Shown: positions 33,320-39,997 of the stretch, in pieces | Position numbering within the stretch: position 1 is the first letter of the stretch | How the letters are laid out: each line of letters opens with the position of its first letter | Translations under genes and position numbers: made by a program | Assembly (NCBI RefSeq): GCF_001194135.2 | Contig: NC_068981.1 | Location: 118,833,962-118,873,958 of the forward strand | DNA length: 39,997 nucleotides | Origin: Octopus bimaculoides | Taxonomy: Eukaryota | Direction: 5' to 3' | Notes under the pieces: model-generated | Told to the model about the DNA's origin: nothing | Databases searched by the model: none | Seen by the model: the letters and a program-made list of their open reading frames with translations, nothing else

Positions 33320-35200
33320 ATTGCCCCTTAAGTATAATCTTCCTGTCCAGACGGAGTTCCGTAGGGTTCCAGTTAATGATGTTAAAACAGTCTTGGATTA
33401 CTGGTACCGCCAGGGTGTTAATGGTTTCTATGCAGTTTTTAGAGATGAGTTCAGTCTTCAGTACAAGTCTTATCCTCCAATAGTACTCCTTTCTTATTTT
33501 TCCTTTATAGTAGCATGATGTATACCATCTTCCTTTATAATTTTCTTGTGGGTCAAGTTCCTTGATGGTAGTGTTGATATCTAATTTAATGGAAGCTGTT
33601 TGTCTGAACTTGCCTCTTACAAAAGTTGTTTAGCACACTTATCGAGGCCAAAATCTATCCCAATGTCATTGCTAAACTCTAATAGTTGTCAACAGCCCTT
33701 CTAGTGCTTGGTCATTCCTTGCAAACAGTTTCAGATCATCTATATAAAAAAAGATGGTTTATTACATTATTAAATAGTTGTACCTATATCTGATGTTATC
33801 CAATTTGTTCAACAGTGGGATCAGTGCCCTACAAAAAAGTAATGGAGAAAATGAGTCACATTGAAAGATGCCTCATTTGATGTTGATGCTGTTGGATTGG
33901 CTCATTCCATTACTATGGTCTAGAAGGAGTTGCGTATTCCGTGCTATTTTGTAAGGATTTTGAGACGACAGGAGAGATCTTGTATATCTCAAGGGCCTTG
34001 AGTATCCATTTATGTGGCAGTTTGCTACAACCTTTCTATTTATGAGCAAGTGTTCTTTGCACCCATAAGAATTTCGTTTCCAGCCCTTTTGATTTTGTGG
34101 AAAGAGTTTTGTTCAAGAAAAGCGTACATTCTTTCGGTTATTATGGATGTAAGGATCTTGTAGGTAGTATTGAAACATGTTATTGGTCGGTAATTCTGTA
34201 ATTTTTTTGTGTCCCCAGTTTTTGGTAGTTGTTCCTTCAGTCAGCCAGGCAACGTATTCGCTCTGGGTTCTAAATGACATCAGTTAAAGATACAGCGAGA
34301 TTTTCGTGTACTTCTGTCAAACAATTCAACAAGAAGCTAGGGATCCGATCTAGTCCTAGGGTTTTCCATTTGTGAGACTTTGTAAGAACACACCTTAGCT
34401 CTTCTATTCCTATTGCTTCCCACTTCAGTCTTTCTTTCACACGGTCTATCCAGTCAGCTTCAGCTTTAAATTCTTTTTCGTTGCTCCATATCTTCTTCCA
34501 GAACTCTTCCACTTCCTCAATCTTAGGTGGTTCCTTTATATCTATCTTACTTTTGCCAATTCCCCTATAAAATTTCTTAGAATCTGTCTTGAATATTTTG
34601 TTTTGTCGATAGAATTTGATTTTTTTTTCTCATATCTTCTAAGCCGTTGGGCCTTCAACTATACGCTGTTTTAACAGTTCCTTAGTTAGAGGGAGATTTA
34701 CAAATCTTTGATTTCATATTTTTGCTTGATTTTTCTAGCTTTTCTCGTCTTGATATTTACTCCTCTAGCAAGGTCATCGAAAACTGATACACCCGCCCGC
34801 AGAGACTCAATCTCTTTTTGTACTGCTACTTTCCAGTAAGGAGGTTAATTGACATGTTTGGTTTTTTTCTTTGTCATCTTAATACCCAGTTGAGCTGTTA
34901 TTACTTTAGTAGTGGAATAGATAAGATTATTTAAGGTTGTTAGATCATTTCCCTTATATCTTAAGATCTATCTAAGAGCAACGTTATATATCATAATTTT
35001 GTTGTTATTCTTTGTGCTGTTTGAAAGCTTTAGTAGCGGTTCTCAATTAATCATGTCAGTACAATTAATCTTGCTGAGTTCTCTCATGTCTTCTTTTGCT
35101 TCCGTAATCTTTTCAATATTATTCACCTCAAATTCTATGCCATGTCTATTCTGGTTTTCTTGAGGTATGTCTACGTTAGTCTCTTTTTCCACACCTCTTC
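33320..35200 (-). mobile_element. R4/Dong-clade LINE, decayed reverse transcriptase
   Basis: EEFWKKIW...WKTLGLDRI (ORF 34270-34512), NYRPITCFNTTYKILTS, QKGWKRNSYGCKEHLLI, FQCDSFSPLLF, YIDDLKLFA (33735-33746), KEYYWRIRLVLKTEL..NTLAVPVI..LDRK. Confidence 0.9.
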
Positions 35201-35324
35201 CTTCGCTATTCTTTGTTTAGCGTCCTCGTTGGGAAGCTGACAAAATAAACTAGCAAAAAACTGGTCGTGTGCATACGTGCATATATATGTGTGTATACGT
35301 CCGTATATGTAAGTATTCGTATGT

Positions 35325-35328
<4 letters not shown>

Positions 35329-35359
<31 letters not shown>

Positions 35360-35465
35360 NNNNNNNNNNNNNNNNNNNNNNNNNNNNNNNNNNNNNNNNN
35401 NNNNNNNNNNNNNNNNNNNNNNNNNNNNNNNNNNNNNNNNNNNNNNNNNNNNNNNNNNNNNNNNN
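35329..35465. other. (TA)n and assembly gap 35360-35465
   Basis: Direct reading. Confidence 1.
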
Positions 35466-35779
35466 TCTTTGGATACATGCGCACAAAATTTTAATTCTAT
35501 AATTCTATAAAATATTTGATTAGTTTAAATGTACACAAATGCATAAAAATCATTTTTAATTCCATTAGACATTCTAAAATACTATTAAATTTCATTCAAT
35601 TTCAAAAAAGGTAAAATCGGACAGGACTTATGGGATAACCTGATACTATGTGTATTTTACTAACCACTGCCGGCAAATAAATTTTTGAATATTATTCCTT
35701 TCTCCTTCGATGTTGTTATTACGTTGTTTCATTCTGCCTTCGACTATCTATATTTGGTGACCCTTCGTATCTTACCGCT

Positions 35780-36090
35780 ACAATTGGTAACTCCGATGCA
35801 CACTCACATCTGTCTGTTACAAGGTAATATGACGAAGCTCATTCTTGTAGTGAATGGTGTTAAGCAAGGTGACATTCAGACCTCAACACTCTTTTCCTTG
35901 TATTTTGCTGTTACACTCACTCATGTTTTTACCGTAGATAGCTCTTCTGTGATATATGTAATGTACGGATCTACTGGACTTTGTACAGCTTGTGCCAATT
36001 TGCTGCCAATACGTAAGTTCTATCTCTTATTCGTGAGCTCCTTTATGCGGATGATTGTGACTTAGTTGTTCATACAGTTGAAGATATGCA
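35780..36090 (+). mobile_element. RTE-clade LINE reverse transcriptase fragment
   Basis: VVNGVKQGDIQTSTLFSLYF, then after a frameshift IRELLYADDCDLVVHTVEDMQ (YADD at 36044-36055). Confidence 0.85.
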
Positions 36091-36091
36091 G

Positions 36092-36201
36092 ATACATACA
36101 TACTTACGTACGTACGTACGTACATACATACATACATACACACATACATACATATATACATATTTAAAGACAGACAGACAGACAGAAAGACAAATAGACA
36201 G

Positions 36202-36256
<55 letters not shown>

Positions 36257-36265
36257 TATGTATAA

Positions 36266-36304
<39 letters not shown>

Positions 36305-36310
36305 AGTATG
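36092..36310. repeat. Compound (TACA)/(TACG)/(GACA)/(TG)/(AG) microsatellite
   Basis: Direct reading. Confidence 0.95.
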
Positions 36311-36729
36311 TATCTACTTATCTATCAATCTATGTATGGACGAATAACATGCGCACAAGTAGAAACACATTTCATTTCAATTATTGTTATATGTGGGCAC
36401 ATATATGACAAGATTTGATTTATATATTCATAGAATATGTATAACATTTATTGAAACATATGCACGAACATATAAGCAAAAACTGCCTGGCTTATCCAGT
36501 TGAAGGAAGTATTGATCATAACGTTATATTCAGCTGATAGCAAAATCTGTTCTAATCGCTTCAATCCTGTACATGTAGACTCCAAAATATCCAAGGCTAT
36601 CTATATGCAAGTAATCTTAGCTACTATGCAATATAAGGATTGTATTAACAAGTATAATGACACGCTTATAAAATTCCAGCATCGATTATGCAACACTTTC
36701 CTAAGATATAAACTTAATTTCCTTTTTTT

Positions 36730-37970
36730 ATAGCAGCCTACCCTCCTTCATCCCATATACATATTTTCTCAAGTTGTTTCTTTGCAGTACTTGACCTTGA
36801 ATTGCTGTAATAAGGTTCTCTATTTTTTCAATTCTTCCTTTCTCTACAACGCCCGGGATTTAGTTCCATGCACATCTTTAGTGCCTTCTAAAAACCATGC
36901 AAAGAGTTCTCTTCAAATAGTTCGACATGTTCTTTTTGAATTTCATTTTTGTCCTTTTCATCTGATCCAGGTTTGATTACGTATTCTTAATTCACTGCCT
37001 TTAGTAAATTTTCTGTGCTGTTCAAAAAATAATCAAGCAAACTGTTTGGTTCAATTTATGCACACTCTTCCACGCCAGTTAATCCTCTTCCACTCCGGTC
37101 TCTCTGCAAGTACAACCGGCTAACATCAGCTTTGGTGGGATGGACTTGATACATAGTCAACATTTTTCTAGTTTTTCTGTCAAGTTTCTGCATTTCGTCT
37201 TTTGTCCAATCCGTAATATCAGCTCCATATCTGATAACTGGTACTGTTCTTGAATGAACTGCTTCAATGACATTTCTTGAATTCAACCTTGACTGTAATA
37301 TTTTCCTCACTATCCTTGTATATTCCCTACTTGTATCTTGCTTAATCTCTTCATGTTTTATTTCATCTTCCTCCAGTATTTCCAAATACTTATACCCATG
37401 TCCTTTCTCAATCTATTTCATTATTAGCCCATTTGACATTTCAATTGCCTGACTTTCTTCAAATCTTCGCCGTTTCCGCACTTTTCAGCACCGAATTCTA
37501 TTCTTACTTCATCCATATCTGCTCATACCCTTTTCAAAAATCATCAGCTACCTTGATTTTCCGTCATATCAGACTGAGCGGTGTTATAGCCAATACAAAT
37601 AGTAACAGAGATAAGCTATCGCCTTGTAATATACATCTGATGTTCATTGTCCCAAGATTTTGTTTTCTTCGATGTTTTCTTCCAATGCTTCATACTTTCA
37701 TCGATCACTTTCTCCATTTTTTCTGACTCTCCAAATACACTCGTTGTTGTATTTATTCAACTGTACGGCATCATGCCATATGGTTTTTTTATAATCCGAC
37801 CATCCATCAGCATCTGTAATTTCCGATTAGATTTCATCAACAAACGATTAGTTTTTATTCGTCTATTTTTGCCTACTGCACCCCTGAGTACATCGGCAAG
37901 TCTATATATGCTGGAAGATGTATTTTCAACGAGGGTGATGCAGAAGTTGAAGTCTAGACCATTATAGGTA
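36730..37970 (-). mobile_element. Second decayed R4/Dong-clade LINE (RT core and thumb)
   Basis: QGDSLSLLLFVLAITPLS, FGAEKC, ORF 37056-37385 (REYTRIVRKILQSRLNSRNVIEAV...VPVIRY...LDRKTRKMLTM..HPTKADVSRLYLQRDRSGRGL), ENLITAIQGQVL. Confidence 0.9.
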
Positions 37971-37994
37971 AAGCAATCTCAGTATTCCCCCTCC

Positions 37995-38046
37995 TTCATA
38001 CAATATGGAGGTTGAAGGCTTTCATACAATACGAAGATTGAAGGCT
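37995..38046. repeat. 26-bp tandem duplication (3 mismatches)
   Basis: TTCATACAATATGGAGGTTGAAGGCT / TTCATACAATACGAAGATTGAAGGCT. Confidence 0.9.
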
Positions 38047-38440
38047 GCAGCTATACTCCTCTATTGTTGTGCCAACAGCTTTCTACGCTAGTGAAACCTG
38101 GAATAAGTCAGCGAAGATCTTTCAATTGCTGGACATGTTCCATTGACGCCGCTCGTGTTCAATCCTGTGTGTCTCTTATTGGGAGGGAAAGAAATGAGGA
38201 GAAGAGCTGGCATGCGTAGTTTACAGAACGTGGTGATTTACAGCAAAGAGACATGCTAACAAACTGATGGAGCAGACGCTGGAAGGAGAAGAAAAACATT
38301 GAGTGGAAGACCAAGGAAGACGTAGTGTAGTACGCTCCGGGGCGACATAGCAGCGATGGGATTTGGCCCGAGAAGGTTTGGAGAAGGTTCGTTGCCTGTT
38401 GTGCTGACAGTACTGAAAGATCAAAGAGCTGAGAGGGGGA
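38047..38440 (+). mobile_element. RTE-clade LINE 3' fragment
   Basis: LYSSIVVPTAFYASETW, E.RRRAG, GRPRKT..TLRGDIAAMG, WRRFVACCAD, spread across frameshifts. Confidence 0.72.
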
Positions 38441-38658
38441 GAGAGTGAGAGGGAGAAAGAGAGAGAGAGAGATCCATTAGGATACACTGATGTTTTCCAA
38501 TGTTAAAACTTTTTTTAATTTTCTATATTCCAGAGTCATTTTTATTAGTTTTCATAAAAATTTAACATGGCAAGGGCAATAGTCAAAGCAAATCTTTAAA
38601 CAGAGACATATCCTAAATTAGATAATAAATCGCTGCACTAAATTAACTTCTGTTAAAC

Positions 38659-38871
38659 TGATTTCAAATTTTGGCACAAGGCCAGAAATTTCTAGGGAGG
38701 GCATACATCGATTACATCGACCCTGGCACTCAGGTAGTACTTATTTTATCGACTCCGAAAGGATGAAAGGCAAAGTCGACCTCGGCGAAATTTGAACTCA
38801 GAACGTAAAGTTAGACGAAATACTGCTAAACATTTTGCCCGGTGTACTAACGATTCTGCCAGCTCACCACA
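38659..38871 (-). mobile_element. tRNA-derived SINE, family A (full length)
   Basis: Reverse complement of family A from GTGGTGAGCTGGCAGAATCGTTAG to GTGCCAAAATTTGAAATCA. Confidence 0.92.
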
Positions 38872-39874
38872 TTTAGCTTCTGCTAAATTAAAATCATCTG
38901 CTAGGTTTTTTTTTAGCGGAGTGACGAGATACAAAATATGTTGAGGGCAGGTTGCAAAACACCATCCGTGAAAGGAAATGCTGATCTACAAACAGTTAAG
39001 AACTGTAACTCTACGTAGTCACTCGACCTGCGAGAAAAAGCAAACAAATTAAATAACCTTTAAATTATGATATATCTCCTCATCTTTAAAAAAAGCGAAA
39101 AAAAACATATCGACATCATAGTTCTATATATCCATAAAAAACGGGATGGTTATATTTGAAATACCTTTGATCGTAGGTTTACATGCGCTGGATAATATGA
39201 TTTAAATAAGACAACAACAACACCAGCAACATTTCATTTCTTCTCAAAACGTTAGAATTCACCTTTTATCACGGCATCAAAAAATATTGAATTTTATATT
39301 TATAAATCGATATTTGCCGAAGTAGGCGATCTCTATATATTTTTTATAAACTAGTGGAGGATCTTTTTATAATCATTTATAAAATAAAACAAAACTCTCT
39401 TACGTCTTCATAACTATATCTTCATGCAGAGACCCACAATATTAACTACCCAACACATGGGAATACTTTATTATTCGTTGGAAAGCAAATTAGAAAATAG
39501 TTTATTATCAAGAAAAGCGTTTATTATCGATTATTATAATGTATGAGATTTGACTTTAATACAACCAATGATTCCTAAAAATTTCTTTGATTGAAAAATA
39601 ACACGTGGGATTTTGAACGGTTGGAAGTAACACTTAATACAGAAAAAAAAAATATTATAATCACCAAATAGCTTCTATTCATAGGCCGTGCACAATGAAA
39701 GTATGAATGCATCTGGTCTTTTTTCCTTTGGTAATTGGTTCGTTCAATATTTGTTTGTCTCTTTATTTGTAACTTTTTCTATTTTTTTTTCTTTTTCCAT
39801 ACATATTGCTTTCGCAAGTGAATTTACAGGTGTGTTAAGGAGACAATATACACAAACTTCAAAGATTGAACGTA

Positions 39875-39960
39875 ATATGCGCGTGCGCATGTATGCATGT
39901 ACATAAATGTTTGTATTTATCATATACATACACATGTGTGTATGCATCGCGTATGTATGC

Positions 39961-39997
<37 letters not shown>
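39875..39997. repeat. TG/TATG low-complexity sequence ending in (TA)n
   Basis: Direct reading. Confidence 0.9.

Overview
This is repeat-dense, AT-rich animal genomic DNA from a short-read scaffold, with 7 N-gaps totalling about 3.2 kb, most of them next to microsatellites. The tRNA-derived SINE families and the microsatellite load suggest an octopus-like coleoid cephalopod; this is inferred from recalled repeat consensus sequences, not from a search. I find no host protein-coding gene, rRNA, true tRNA gene or CRISPR array, and no evidence of a prokaryotic-type system. Most of the identifiable sequence is transposon fossil. DNA elements: a decayed Helitron on the minus strand (RepHel motifs at about 3190-5800, hairpin+CTAG 3' end at 316-365, about 2.8 kb of unidentified strand-biased cargo between them); two non-autonomous Helitron-like elements; a full-length DD34D mariner with unusually long (~90 bp) TIRs and a ~24-aa insertion in the catalytic domain; a mariner MITE and a second mariner fragment; a DD37D maT element; and an internally deleted Chapaev3-type element. 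Retroelements: Penelope-like (RT/GIY-YIG) remnants with one near-canonical and one decayed hammerhead ribozyme motif; three R4/Dong-clade and three RTE-clade LINE fragments; and about 11 SINE copies. The best leads are the atypical mariner, the Helitron cargo with its 61-bp fold-back, the hammerheads, and a possible (CATA)n target of the R4/Dong element. These look like poorly described repeat variants rather than a demonstrably new biological system.
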